This document shows, piece after piece, positions 26,104 through 36,020 of a DNA stretch of 64,000 bases. The position numbers were made by a program, and so were the translations under genes. Numbering within the stretch: the stretch's first letter is position 1; every line of letters begins with the position of its first letter. The notes below the pieces were generated by a model. That model saw nothing but the letters and a program-made list of their open reading frames with translations, searched no databases and was not told the DNA's origin. The DNA lies in assembly GCA_000146465.1 (NCBI GenBank), contig CP001951.1. One strand, 5' to 3'.

Positions 26104-27819
26104 TCAGTATTTTGACTTATCGATAATAAAGTCGTCAAAGGAATTATATATTTTAACCTTGTTGTCATGGAGGCCAAGTATCTTATCAAAGCCTCTGAGA
26201 AGGTCATGGTCATGCACAACCAGAAACACAGTCTTGTCTTCCATCTTTTTGAGTATTGTTTCTACAAGCTCCTTTTCCGAGTCTGCATCCAAATTCGATG
26301 TCGGCTCATCCAAAACCACTATGTCGGAATCCTTGACCATTGCTCTCATAAAGCTAACCCTCTGCTTCTGCCCTCCACTCAGGAACTTTCCATTTTCTCC
26401 CACAAGGGTTTGATATCCTCTAGGAAGCTTGCTGAATATCTCATGCACATTGAAATGCACACATTTCTTCATAACATGATCGTATTCAATGGAATTGTAA
26501 GAGTAGCCTATGTTTTCAAGAATGGTTCCATTGAACAAATGATGGTTTTGAGGAACAAACGATATGAGGCCCCTTACAGACGACTTCCTGATCCTTCTCA
26601 GCTCAATTCCATCAATGTAAACTTCTCCACTATAGTCGAGGAACCTGAGGAGAACGTTAACAAGAGATGACTTCCCGCATCCATTTTTTCCAATGATCCC
26701 TATCTTCTCGCCCTTTTTGATTTCTCCGCTGAAACCTTCTAATATGAGTCTGTTTCCTATGTGCACAGACATCCCGTTGAACCTTATGGTATCACCAAAC
26801 CTCTCTATTGCAAGCCCAAGGTCTTCTTCCTCAAGTGCATCCTCAATCTTCGAGTCAAAAATATCTGTCAAATTCTCATTCATTACAAATGTGCTTTCCT
26901 TTAGCTTCATTATCCCACTCCGTAGCTCGGAAAAGAACTTGGAGTACTCGATGTATCTGTTCCCAATTCTCATACTCTTAAACATATATCCTCCAATGAT
27001 CATCAACACCATAAATGCATTTGGGACAAAGAGTAAACTTTTCTGGAAAAACTCGACAAATCCATTGATCTGATCATATCTCCTCGAGTGTCTTCCGACA
27101 TCCCGAAAAGTGTCGATGTATTTCTGCAGCTCGTTTTCTTCTTTATTGTACGATTTGATTATGTCATAGTTCTGCAGAATCCCGTACAGCCTGTTGGAGG
27201 CAAAGTTGTATGCTCCATTGTATTTCCTTCTGAAGTGGTTTCTAAGAATTGTTCCATACCATGACACAACAACATATACCAGTATCTGGATAACAGTTAG
27301 AATCACAACACCTGTAGAACAGCGGGAAAAGTACAAAAACCCCCACAGAACATAAGATGCATTGAAAAAGATATCGGCAAACAATATCCTCAAGAAACTA
27401 ACCATTCCGTTGGATCTCCTCTCAACTAATGAGTGTATCTGTCCAGACCCAAGGTGATGGAACCGATGGTAGTTGGTCAAAAGATACTCTCTCAAGCAGT
27501 GATGGAACGACTTCCCTATAAGCAGCTGGATGACATAGGCCGAAACAAGCTTGTAGAGAAGACTCGACATGTAATGACTAATGGGAAGAAGCATAAACGT
27601 GATAAGAAGCCTGCTGGAATCTGTCTCATCAATTGTCTTTCTGGCAATATATTGCTCGATCTTTGTTAACGACTTTTGAAATTCAAAGTGAAACTTGCTC
27701 GAGAGCATTATAAAGAATACGGTTGTTAAAATTCCCAAGAGAACTGCCTTGTCCTTGACAAGAAAGTGTATTATTAGCGATATCATGTAGGAGTATCTTC
27801 CAGATACTTTTTTCTTCAT
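26104..27819 (-). CDS. ABC half-transporter (TMD-NBD, ABCB/Atm1-Mdl type)
   Basis: The first ATG is 27817-27819 (rc), preceded by CCCATCCCAAA; the track started at TTG 27850-27852. An N-terminal 6-TM domain. Walker A GKNGCGKSS, ABC signature LSGGQKQRVSFMRAM, Walker B VVLDEPTSNLD, H-loop VVHD. Confidence 0.8.
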   Translation of the reverse strand: MKKKVSGRYSYMISLIIHFLVKDKAVLLGILTTVFFIMLSSKFHFEFQKSLTKIEQYIARKTIDETDSSRLLITFMLLPISHYMSSLLYKLVSAYVIQLLIGKSFHHCLREYLLTNYHRFHHLGSGQIHSLVERRSNGMVSFLRILFADIFFNASYVLWGFLYFSRCSTGVVILTVIQILVYVVVSWYGTILRNHFRRKYNGAYNFASNRLYGILQNYDIIKSYNKEENELQKYIDTFRDVGRHSRRYDQINGFVEFFQKSLLFVPNAFMVLMIIGGYMFKSMRIGNRYIEYSKFFSELRSGIMKLKESTFVMNENLTDIFDSKIEDALEEEDLGLAIERFGDTIRFNGMSVHIGNRLILEGFSGEIKKGEKIGIIGKNGCGKSSLVNVLLRFLDYSGEVYIDGIELRRIRKSSVRGLISFVPQNHHLFNGTILENIGYSYNSIEYDHVMKKCVHFNVHEIFSKLPRGYQTLVGENGKFLSGGQKQRVSFMRAMVKDSDIVVLDEPTSNLDADSEKELVETILKKMEDKTVFLVVHDHDLLRGFDKILGLHDNKVKIYNSFDDFIIDKSKY

Positions 27820-27980
27820 TTTGGGATGGGTTTGAACTTCTTTTATATGCAATGCCGGGAAAAGATGGTTGAAAGACTTTGATGCTCTCGCCTCTGCCTA
27901 ATACAGAAAGGAGATCAAGCCTGAGCCACATACAATGAGATGGACGCTGGATTTCATGAACTAGAAAAAATCACCCCAAC

Positions 27981-30467
27981 ATGGATAGAAGAGGATTAGA
28001 ATCGTGTCTTTATGAGGTACTGAAATCCGATTCCACTTCAGGGAAGAGGGCCGAGGCTAAGATCCTAGAGCTACAGTCAAGCGATTTTGAAAGGTTTATA
28101 TCGATACTTGTGGAGGTGTTCTGCGACCTGAAAAGCAATGACCAGCTTCGAATGGTTTCTGGGATCATCCTTAAGAATAGCCTTCATGCAAATGATCCGG
28201 ATCTTCAGAAAGGTTGTTTGAGTAGGTGGCTGGGGATGAGGCCTGAATCCAGAGAATATATCAAGAACACGATTAAGAGAGCCCTCCGGGGGCCTACTCC
28301 AAGGTTTTGTACAATGGCAGGGGCGGCTCTTGGGCAAATATCCAGGATGGAGATTCCAAACAGTTTATACCAGGGGTTTTTTGAAGAGATGAAAAGGATG
28401 GTTTGCGACGAAGAGACGGCGTGTGGAGTGTGCGAAGCTGTAGGAACATGTTGTAGTTATCTGACAAAGGAAGCTCCGGACATCCTCCGAATGCATAATG
28501 CTACTGTGTTTGAAATATGCATACATCCTCTTAAGAGAGGAACTACGAGGGAAAGTAAGCTGTCAGGCTTAAAATGCCTAATGAATTGTATGGAAGTCGA
28601 AGGGATATTCTGCTATGAGGAGAATGTAAACATATTTCTTAATTCGACCATTGAAATATGGAACGGTGATGACGAAGAACTGATACACAAGTTAATGATC
28701 TGCTTTAACAGACTTGTGATGCTCAACTATAAGTTTATTCGGAAGAGCATATTAGAGAATATACTTGGCCAGTATCTGGGAAGATTCTTTAAATCGAAGC
28801 ATGACGAAATTAAGATCCAAGCAATTGAGTACTGGTGTATTTTTGCAGAGAAAAGAGACGAAGAGATGGCCAACAAGTACATGTCTGTTGTTCTTCCCGA
28901 AATACTGAGTCTTCTTAAGAAAGGTCCCGACTATTATGAGGAAATATGGTCCCCGCATAAAGCTGCCTCCTCCTGCCTTGAGATTTACACAGAGTTGAAG
29001 GGAGACAAGATGATGAGAAACGGAATGATATGGGGATTTATAGAGACCTCTCTAAAATCGGAGTCAAAGGCTGATGTGGACATAGGTGCTGTTGCACTAG
29101 GAAGTGTAATGCATGAGAAATGTGAAGATTGCTTGGTAAAGATTGTCCCAGACCTTGTTGCCGGAATAGGATTTGAGGAGTCAAAGGACTCTTGTCTGTG
29201 GGCATTGTCCAGAACGGCAGAATGTAACTTTTATGCATTAGTAGATCATCTTCCTATCATTTTGAGCAGATGTGGATCGGTAGTTCTTGAGAGTTCCAAG
29301 TCTTCGATTGGAGCAGCATGGGCGATGGATTGTATATTCCGCTCTGTAGCAGACAGCAAGAGAAAAGAGGGCTTTGCCAGCCATATACCAAGCTCCACCA
29401 AGAAGAGGGCAGACGATTTTGTCGAAAGCTTCCTTGTAAAGCAGTATCTCGACATTCTCAATGTATTAGTTAAGGGAACTGAACTGGCGAACTTAAATGA
29501 TTCAAGCCTAAGGGTTGCCTTATTTTCGGCTCTTGATGAATTGATCCTCATATGTCCTCAGACTGTCTTGGACATCCTTATTGGGTTTTATGACTATACA
29601 TCTAAAAAGATCGATGAGTGCATCAGTGTGTTGGGATATGCCACACAGGATCAACTACTAGTAGTTGAGGATGTACTTTCGAACTACATAGGACTTATTG
29701 AGGCAATAGCCACAGCAAGAAAGAGAGAGGATGTAGAGGACCTTCTGGAGCTGTTCATAAGAATCCTGGAGTCAACACCGACAATAGCCTTTGGGGAAGT
29801 TTACACAAGCATTTCAAATCTCTCTACAAAATTTGCACCGCACACGTCTCGAATACTGCCTTACATGACAAGGGACATGAGGTGCACAGACCGATTTGTT
29901 TTAAATTCAGTGATAAACCTTGTTGGAAGGCTTGCAAATACAATGGGGACAGACTTTAATATCCTTGCAACGGTTCTTACATCATCTCTGGTTCAATGTC
30001 TCAGCTCGGAAGCCACTCATAGAGATCTTAAGCCTATAATACTGTCTGTATTTGGAGACATTGCTTTGGCGCTGGAAAGAAACTTCGAATCATACCTGGA
30101 TATGGTTGTTATGCTATTCCAGCAGATATCAGAGCTTAACAGGCATGGGGACGAAGAATATGTGGACGACCTTCGGAAGAACGCAGTTCAGCTTGTGAAC
30201 TGTTCTTTGGTAGCCATCGGGGACAGTTCCAAGGTTAGAAATCTCCTCCCCAGAATTATCAGCATAGCCCACAAAATGGGCATTGAGGATGGAAGTGGCA
30301 AGACACATGAAGACATCCTTGGCCTTATCGATGATCTTGTTGGAATGTATGGAAAGAACTTTGGGCTGGACGAGCCATGGATTAAGGAATTTCTGTACGG
30401 AATGATGAAGTCCAGTAACGACAGGAATAGAAAGAAGGCTAGCCATGTTCTGGAGGTGCTGAGATAA
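27981..30467 (+). CDS. Importin-beta / karyopherin-beta family nuclear transport receptor
   Basis: ATG preceded by TCACCCCAAC. An importin-beta N-terminal domain (LESCLYEVLKSDSTSGKRAEAKILELQSSDFERFISILVEVFCDLKSNDQLRMVSGIILKNSL) is followed by about 19 HEAT-like helical pairs over 828 aa. Confidence 0.6.
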   Translation: MDRRGLESCLYEVLKSDSTSGKRAEAKILELQSSDFERFISILVEVFCDLKSNDQLRMVSGIILKNSLHANDPDLQKGCLSRWLGMRPESREYIKNTIKRALRGPTPRFCTMAGAALGQISRMEIPNSLYQGFFEEMKRMVCDEETACGVCEAVGTCCSYLTKEAPDILRMHNATVFEICIHPLKRGTTRESKLSGLKCLMNCMEVEGIFCYEENVNIFLNSTIEIWNGDDEELIHKLMICFNRLVMLNYKFIRKSILENILGQYLGRFFKSKHDEIKIQAIEYWCIFAEKRDEEMANKYMSVVLPEILSLLKKGPDYYEEIWSPHKAASSCLEIYTELKGDKMMRNGMIWGFIETSLKSESKADVDIGAVALGSVMHEKCEDCLVKIVPDLVAGIGFEESKDSCLWALSRTAECNFYALVDHLPIILSRCGSVVLESSKSSIGAAWAMDCIFRSVADSKRKEGFASHIPSSTKKRADDFVESFLVKQYLDILNVLVKGTELANLNDSSLRVALFSALDELILICPQTVLDILIGFYDYTSKKIDECISVLGYATQDQLLVVEDVLSNYIGLIEAIATARKREDVEDLLELFIRILESTPTIAFGEVYTSISNLSTKFAPHTSRILPYMTRDMRCTDRFVLNSVINLVGRLANTMGTDFNILATVLTSSLVQCLSSEATHRDLKPIILSVFGDIALALERNFESYLDMVVMLFQQISELNRHGDEEYVDDLRKNAVQLVNCSLVAIGDSSKVRNLLPRIISIAHKMGIEDGSGKTHEDILGLIDDLVGMYGKNFGLDEPWIKEFLYGMMKSSNDRNRKKASHVLEVLR

Positions 30468-30505
30468 TATATGATGAACCTGAATTAAAATGTTTCATTT
30501 AACTT

Positions 30506-33187
30506 CTAAGTTGCTTTAGGGCAGAAGCTTCGGTTCTGGGTCTTTCTATATCTTCCAAGTTCTTGTTTCGTGCTATTTAGGAAATCAGACAGTGTCGTCA
30601 ATATCTCTCTCAAGCTTTTCGTTTCTTCCTCTCCAAACTTGCGCTTCACCATACTAGAATGGAGATGAAATTTTTTAAAGCTGCAGCTCATCTCCTCAAG
30701 TTTACTATATGCGAATCTGAAGAACTTTGCATATTCTTTCTTGGCATCTTCTTCCAGCAGGTTCAGAAGGCCTAACTTCTCTGTATATATCTCTATGAAA
30801 TGGTTAATCTTTTCACGTATCTTTGGTAGCTCTTCGTTTTTCAGATCATGGAGAGGAGAAAGCTCTTCAAGCAGATGTTCTACTCTAACGCCATTGGCCT
30901 CCAGTACATGGAACAGAAACGGAAAGAGAGATGTGTTGTTCTTCCCTCTGTAATTGCTAAATACATATAAGCTGGAAAGCTTGAATCCGTTTGCCTTTTT
31001 CCTGCTAATAGAATATCTGAAATTCATTGTGTTTCCAATCTCAAGAATAGTCCGGAGGACGATCCTTAGGCTTTGGCTATCCAAGATCCTGTTGCATACC
31101 TCTAGTAGCCCGAGAAGAGTTTTTTCTATAAGAAATATTTCATCGAAAAACCTTCTTTCAAAAATCAATATCTCAACAAGCTTACGGACATCTAGAAGCT
31201 TCGAAAACTCCAGCATGGCTTTCTCAACCTTTCCAAGGGATTCGGGGGGTGTGGATATCAGATCCATCACCTCTTCCTGCCCAGGGTACATCTTTTCAAT
31301 GTTCAGCAGGTCCTGAAGCCCAAGAGGATTGTCGGGTGTTTTGAGTATAGAATACACATTCTCCGGAGTTATGTTCCGAAGCTCAAGGTGCTTCAGTGAG
31401 AGGGATGCCAGAAATAGTCTACTTTCCTCTATTATGCTCCTTTTGGTTTCTTTGCTCGTTTTCTTCTGCTCCGAGAATGGCTCGCAGAATATCTCTTCAA
31501 ACTTCTCGTAATCGATGTCAGTACTGATCCCAGAAGTCTCACTGAATATTGTTTCCTCAGCCCTTGACAATGGAATCCAATGAAAGGGCTTCTTTATGAC
31601 AACGTTTGGTTGTGCATCGCATTTTTCAGCCTGTCTCTTCTTTACAACAATCTTCTTTGGCTTTACCTTATATCTGTTCTCCACTCTAGAAAATGACCCT
31701 ATAAGCTCTAATGGTTTTGGGTTCCCATTCTCCATGGTGTACAGAGCCTTCCGGTCGATGCCTACTCCTCCACAGACGCCTTCACCGGAAATCTCTTCCA
31801 CCTCTGCATCCCTGTGCTTCCCCCAGCACTTCTCCTTGTTCTCAAAAACTATGTCTGCATGCTTGAGAGTCTTGGCTTCAAGGATACTAGCTCTGAAGCC
31901 TTTTGCTTCTAGAGTTCTGACGAGCTCCGAGGTCTTCTCTGAAAAATATCTCATAAATGCACAGAACTTTGCTACTATTTCATTCTGGCCTTCGGAGACA
32001 AGTCTTTCGTAAATCTCCCGGTCAGGTTCTCCCCAGAAACCCTCGTTTAGTAAACGGAGTCCCTGAATAAGATCAACCTTATGGATACACTGTGGCTTCT
32101 GCACAGCCTTCCCTGACTCAATCATCACAAGATCAATTGTAAATTCCTTATCAAACCTATTCTCTGGCAAAAAGCACTCCACATCGTCAAGAGCAAACCT
32201 GTACAAGCCCTGGCGATAGAAAAGAGTGTTGATTCTCAGAAGAACCATTCTTTTTTCTTCCTCTTCAAGGTAGTAGTACAGAAAAACCTGTATGTCTTCG
32301 GATATGTCGCAGTCCACCCCACTAAACACTGCATAATCCTTGTCTCGATAGACCCTATCATCATCTCCCTCCTTGATTGCACACAATTCTTCCCCTTTTT
32401 TCATTATCTTCATTCCAATTAGGAAACTCTTAGTAGACGCTGAGGGAATGGTGGTTACTATCAGCTGCCTCAAGATAACAGTGTGAGCCAATTCTCCCTT
32501 TAGAGTGCTTGCCGAGTCAAAATACTTGATGTATCTTTTAACCGTATTGATGTTGGATAGAGATGATGCAAAAGCACCTTCAAGACATTTCTCCCAGATC
32601 AGCTCCGTTCGGTCTGCAAGCTCACAATACCTTAAAACACATCCTACCAGAAACCTTAGTTTGTCTTCATCTCCATTTTGAGTCTCAAATGCAGCTATGT
32701 TGTTTGGATTAAATTCCAACCAGCATCTTACAGCACACGATATTCTGTAGGCAAGTCCAAGATCGAAGTCAAGAGACGGTATCTTCTGGACATTAGGGTA
32801 TTTCTTGAGGCTTTCTCCAAGACTCCAAACCATGAATCTGTCTTTGTAATTGGTGTTAAGAAATTCAATAAGCTCTCCGGTGTTGTTTCTTCGTGTTATG
32901 CTCTCTGTGGAGTTATCCCAGCACTGTCCAAACACCAGCACACGATGGCTGATCCTCCAGACGTTAAGGTTGGCTCCTTGTCTCCGATCCCCTCTCTCTT
33001 TCTTGATATATACTTCCTTGCTCCCATTGGACAAACTTGTAGAACCCACGCATCTGAAATCTCCCCCTTCGCTATTCTTCACAAGAGCCTGAATCTTCTC
33101 AAGAATCCTAGAGTTGATCCTTGCTCCGTTCATAAGAGTCTCTCCTTCCATTCCTGGCAGACTTGAGCTTGATGTTATAAAAAACAT
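30506..33187 (-). CDS. Formin (FH2 domain) with an N-terminal PTEN-like pseudo-phosphatase/C2 module and no FH1 polyproline region
   Basis: FH2: KKPFHWIPL (lasso), then LRTILEIGNTMNFRY...ANGFKLSSLYVFSNYRGKNNTSLFPFLFHVL matches the GN-x-MN...GF-x-L-x-x-L-x-K-L...TLLH core. The N-terminus aligns with PTEN (NVWRISHRVLVFGQCWD; TGELIEFLNTNYKDRFMVWSLGES; the HCKAGKGR P-loop is replaced by ETQNGDEDK). No proline-rich tract anywhere in the protein. Confidence 0.55.
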   Translation of the reverse strand: MFFITSSSSLPGMEGETLMNGARINSRILEKIQALVKNSEGGDFRCVGSTSLSNGSKEVYIKKERGDRRQGANLNVWRISHRVLVFGQCWDNSTESITRRNNTGELIEFLNTNYKDRFMVWSLGESLKKYPNVQKIPSLDFDLGLAYRISCAVRCWLEFNPNNIAAFETQNGDEDKLRFLVGCVLRYCELADRTELIWEKCLEGAFASSLSNINTVKRYIKYFDSASTLKGELAHTVILRQLIVTTIPSASTKSFLIGMKIMKKGEELCAIKEGDDDRVYRDKDYAVFSGVDCDISEDIQVFLYYYLEEEEKRMVLLRINTLFYRQGLYRFALDDVECFLPENRFDKEFTIDLVMIESGKAVQKPQCIHKVDLIQGLRLLNEGFWGEPDREIYERLVSEGQNEIVAKFCAFMRYFSEKTSELVRTLEAKGFRASILEAKTLKHADIVFENKEKCWGKHRDAEVEEISGEGVCGGVGIDRKALYTMENGNPKPLELIGSFSRVENRYKVKPKKIVVKKRQAEKCDAQPNVVIKKPFHWIPLSRAEETIFSETSGISTDIDYEKFEEIFCEPFSEQKKTSKETKRSIIEESRLFLASLSLKHLELRNITPENVYSILKTPDNPLGLQDLLNIEKMYPGQEEVMDLISTPPESLGKVEKAMLEFSKLLDVRKLVEILIFERRFFDEIFLIEKTLLGLLEVCNRILDSQSLRIVLRTILEIGNTMNFRYSISRKKANGFKLSSLYVFSNYRGKNNTSLFPFLFHVLEANGVRVEHLLEELSPLHDLKNEELPKIREKINHFIEIYTEKLGLLNLLEEDAKKEYAKFFRFAYSKLEEMSCSFKKFHLHSSMVKRKFGEEETKSLREILTTLSDFLNSTKQELGRYRKTQNRSFCPKAT

Positions 33188-33269
33188 GAAACAGGTCTAA
33201 CGGATAGGTTCTCTTCCGTTTCATGGCAAAACAAGACTGGAAAAGACAGGATAGCTTCCAAAAACCTCT

Positions 33270-34331
33270 TTATTTTGAAAAAAGTCTTACAATCCATCCT
33301 ATTAACAGCCCCAAATTAAGAGTAAACATTATATGGAAGAAAGGGCCCCATGGAGAAGAGAGCTCTATCTCCATGTCTCTATACTCCTCATTCGGGTCGC
33401 TCAACAAGTTTGCAATCATGCTGAATTCCTCTATTCTCGTCACACACTTCTCTCCATTCTTTTCCTTGAATCTGGATATCATTTTCTCCTTCTTCTCAAA
33501 CTGCTTTAGCAAAAAACTATCCTCGTCCATACTGTTGTTATTGGGAATATAGTCCAAAAAGAACATAAAATTCACCTTTTGTGACTTGTTCACTATCACA
33601 TCCCAGTAAGAAAAGGTGTCGTTGGGATACTTCACATAAGGGTTTCCCATCATTGTGATGTCTATAATCCCCTCCATGTCATCCCGTATGTTCTCTCTCA
33701 ATATCTTGAACCCTGTAGTCCTGGGGATCAAAACCTCCTCAGGATCAAAGCTCCTTCCATCAATCTCTACATCTGCCTCAGACGACCACTTATGAGATTT
33801 AGGATGGGACAACTTGTCTATGTAGGTCCCCTCTGGGAAAATAAGAAGATCATACTTCCCTTCGCTCCTAAGCCTCGAAGTTCCAGATATGATTAGCTCC
33901 TTGTCCTTGCTTATCTTTCTGTTCAAAAAGATAAATTGAAAAAACTTCATTCCACGTCCTAGTAGTGGAATGTCCTTCAAGGACATCTTAAGAACAATGC
34001 ATATATCCTTGAACCTTCCAAAACAATGCAGCACACAGCAAACAAATAGCCAGTCATATTCCGTCAAGTGATTTGAAATAATAACATTTCTGCTTCTCTT
34101 GAGAATGGCTGGATTGTACCTGATAAACACTTTTTTGGGGAAGTATCCTGAAAATACTGCCCGTGTAAGATGAAGCCACGTAATCTTTGCCGATCTTCTA
34201 AGAGCACGTTTGGCAACCTTCCCATAGCACACAAGCCATACCACAGATACAAAGGCAAGCCCGACAATTATATATGAAAAATATACTATCATTGCTACCA
34301 GAAAGAATATGGCATTCCAAGCCCTTTTCAT
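33270..34331 (-). CDS. Lysophospholipid/glycerol-3-phosphate acyltransferase (PlsC/LPLAT family)
   Basis: The first ATG is 34329-34331 (rc); the track started at a GTG. An N-terminal TM segment. Acyltransferase motif I NHLTEYDWLF (HxxxxD) and motif III LLIFPEGTYI. Confidence 0.7.
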   Translation of the reverse strand: MKRAWNAIFFLVAMIVYFSYIIVGLAFVSVVWLVCYGKVAKRALRRSAKITWLHLTRAVFSGYFPKKVFIRYNPAILKRSRNVIISNHLTEYDWLFVCCVLHCFGRFKDICIVLKMSLKDIPLLGRGMKFFQFIFLNRKISKDKELIISGTSRLRSEGKYDLLIFPEGTYIDKLSHPKSHKWSSEADVEIDGRSFDPEEVLIPRTTGFKILRENIRDDMEGIIDITMMGNPYVKYPNDTFSYWDVIVNKSQKVNFMFFLDYIPNNNSMDEDSFLLKQFEKKEKMISRFKEKNGEKCVTRIEEFSMIANLLSDPNEEYRDMEIELSSPWGPFFHIMFTLNLGLLIGWIVRLFSK

Positions 34332-34414
34332 CACTCTAATCGTGCAATTTACTCTAAATATTTTTTTCTAAACATGTTTGAATCATGACGCCTCAATCCA
34401 GCTTTCAAAAGATC

Positions 34415-35062
34415 TCAAAAAGGGGTCTGATGGATACTCCCAAACATACCATCTTCGTGAATCTCTCTTAGGAATTTCATGATCTTGAGGAGGGAATCGT
34501 CATCCTTTTCTCCTGTATATGGAGGAATATGAATCCCATTGTGGGGCTGGAACTCATATGAATGGGGGCTGTCGTCAACCAGAATCACCTCATTCAAGGG
34601 CTTTCCAAGCTTACACAGATCCTTAACATATTTTCCGTTAACAAGTGTACATGAGTCTCTGTATAGAGAATAGGCTATTCTCTTATTCGCATCGATAATG
34701 CCGATGACTTTCTCGGCATATTCCTTCTTCGCTGCTGTGAAGATAATCACCTCGTATATAGCCCCAACAATGCTTATAAACTCGACAGCATGGGGCCTGA
34801 CCTTCACATAGATCTGTAGATTCTTTTTCCCAGGGACTTCCAGACAAAAGTCATAAAGTCTGGGCTTCTTAAAAGTTGAGTACACCAGAGTATTGTCGAG
34901 ATCTAGAACCACTGTTCTCCCCAAGTCGTTTTTCTGAGGGGAAACAAGTTGCATAAACTTCTTTTCTTTGGATTCTCGTCTTGCTTTCTCACTGCCTACC
35001 ATGGACATCTCTTTCCTGTTGCAACGACAAAAATTTCTTAGAGTCCTAAGAAGCCAGGACAT
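34415..35062 (-). CDS. NIF/FCP1-like HAD phosphatase (CTD small phosphatase / Nem1-Dullard type)
   Basis: ATG preceded by ATACCCCTCGCC. The catalytic DxDxT is intact in VVLDLDNTLVYST. The downstream block VKVRPHAVEFISIVGAIYEVIIFTAAKKEYAEKVIGIID...ILVDDSP is typical of the NIF domain. Confidence 0.7.
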   Translation of the reverse strand: MSWLLRTLRNFCRCNRKEMSMVGSEKARRESKEKKFMQLVSPQKNDLGRTVVLDLDNTLVYSTFKKPRLYDFCLEVPGKKNLQIYVKVRPHAVEFISIVGAIYEVIIFTAAKKEYAEKVIGIIDANKRIAYSLYRDSCTLVNGKYVKDLCKLGKPLNEVILVDDSPHSYEFQPHNGIHIPPYTGEKDDDSLLKIMKFLREIHEDGMFGSIHQTPF

Positions 35063-35104
35063 TGATGTGGCGAGGGGTATAAGTCGCTTTCCAATTCCTC
35101 CCCG

Positions 35105-36013
35105 ATGACTGAAAACCCTCTCGATGTAAAGTACCAGTCCATGCTTGAAAATATCCGGGACTCGCTCCTTCCTTCAAGAGAAGATGTTCTAGTATTGGTG
35201 GAAGAAGTTCGCAAGATATTGGAGTCTGAGCCAAACGTCCTGTATATAGACACACCAGTCAATGTTGTTGGAGATGTCCATGGCCAGTTTTACGATGTAC
35301 TAAATATGATGAGCCTAATGGAAGATCCATCCGAAAAACCATATCTGTTCCTTGGAGACTATGTTGATAGAGGATACAATTCCGTAGATCTTATCCTTCT
35401 CTTGTTTGTATACAAAAGGCTTTATAGAAATACCTTACATCTTTTGAGGGGGAACCATGAAACACGGATGCTTTCCTCGGTTTACGGATTCAAGGAAGAA
35501 TGTGTGCGCAGATACGATCTTGTGGTGTACTGGAGAATCTGTGAAGCCTTCCAATACCTTCCCATTGCTGCAGTGGTCTTGGGAAAATACTTCTGTGTTC
35601 ATGGCGGGCTGGTTCCTGGAATGTCTCTGGACTTTCTAATGAAACATGACAGGATAGGGGAGATTACAGAGATAAACGATATTCTCTGGAGCGATCCAGA
35701 TGAAACCCTTGGGTTTCGGAAAAGCCAAAGAGGGGCAGGATATTTATTTGGAGAGGATGTTCTAAGAAACTTCCTTGATGAACATGGTCTGTTCCATTTT
35801 GTTCGGTCTCACCAACTGGTTAATGATGGTTATAAAGTATATTTTGATGGGAAGTTGTACACTGTGTGGGGAGCCCCGAACTACTGTTATTCTTCTGGTA
35901 ACATTGCCTGCGTTATGGCTATTGATGAGAACGGCCATGATTTTAGATTATTTGATAGATGCGAAGAACAATTTAAAGAAATCCCGGTGAGATGTGATTT
36001 TTTTGGAAGTTAA
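35105..36013 (+). CDS. PPP-family Ser/Thr protein phosphatase catalytic subunit (PP2A/PP4/PP6 branch)
   Basis: ATG preceded by CCTCCCCG. GDVHGQF, GDYVDRG, LRGNHETR and VHGGL metallophosphatase motifs. Close in length (302 aa) and sequence pattern to PP2A-type catalytic subunits. Confidence 0.85.
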   Translation: MTENPLDVKYQSMLENIRDSLLPSREDVLVLVEEVRKILESEPNVLYIDTPVNVVGDVHGQFYDVLNMMSLMEDPSEKPYLFLGDYVDRGYNSVDLILLLFVYKRLYRNTLHLLRGNHETRMLSSVYGFKEECVRRYDLVVYWRICEAFQYLPIAAVVLGKYFCVHGGLVPGMSLDFLMKHDRIGEITEINDILWSDPDETLGFRKSQRGAGYLFGEDVLRNFLDEHGLFHFVRSHQLVNDGYKVYFDGKLYTVWGAPNYCYSSGNIACVMAIDENGHDFRLFDRCEEQFKEIPVRCDFFGS

Positions 36014-36020
36014 AAAGGTG

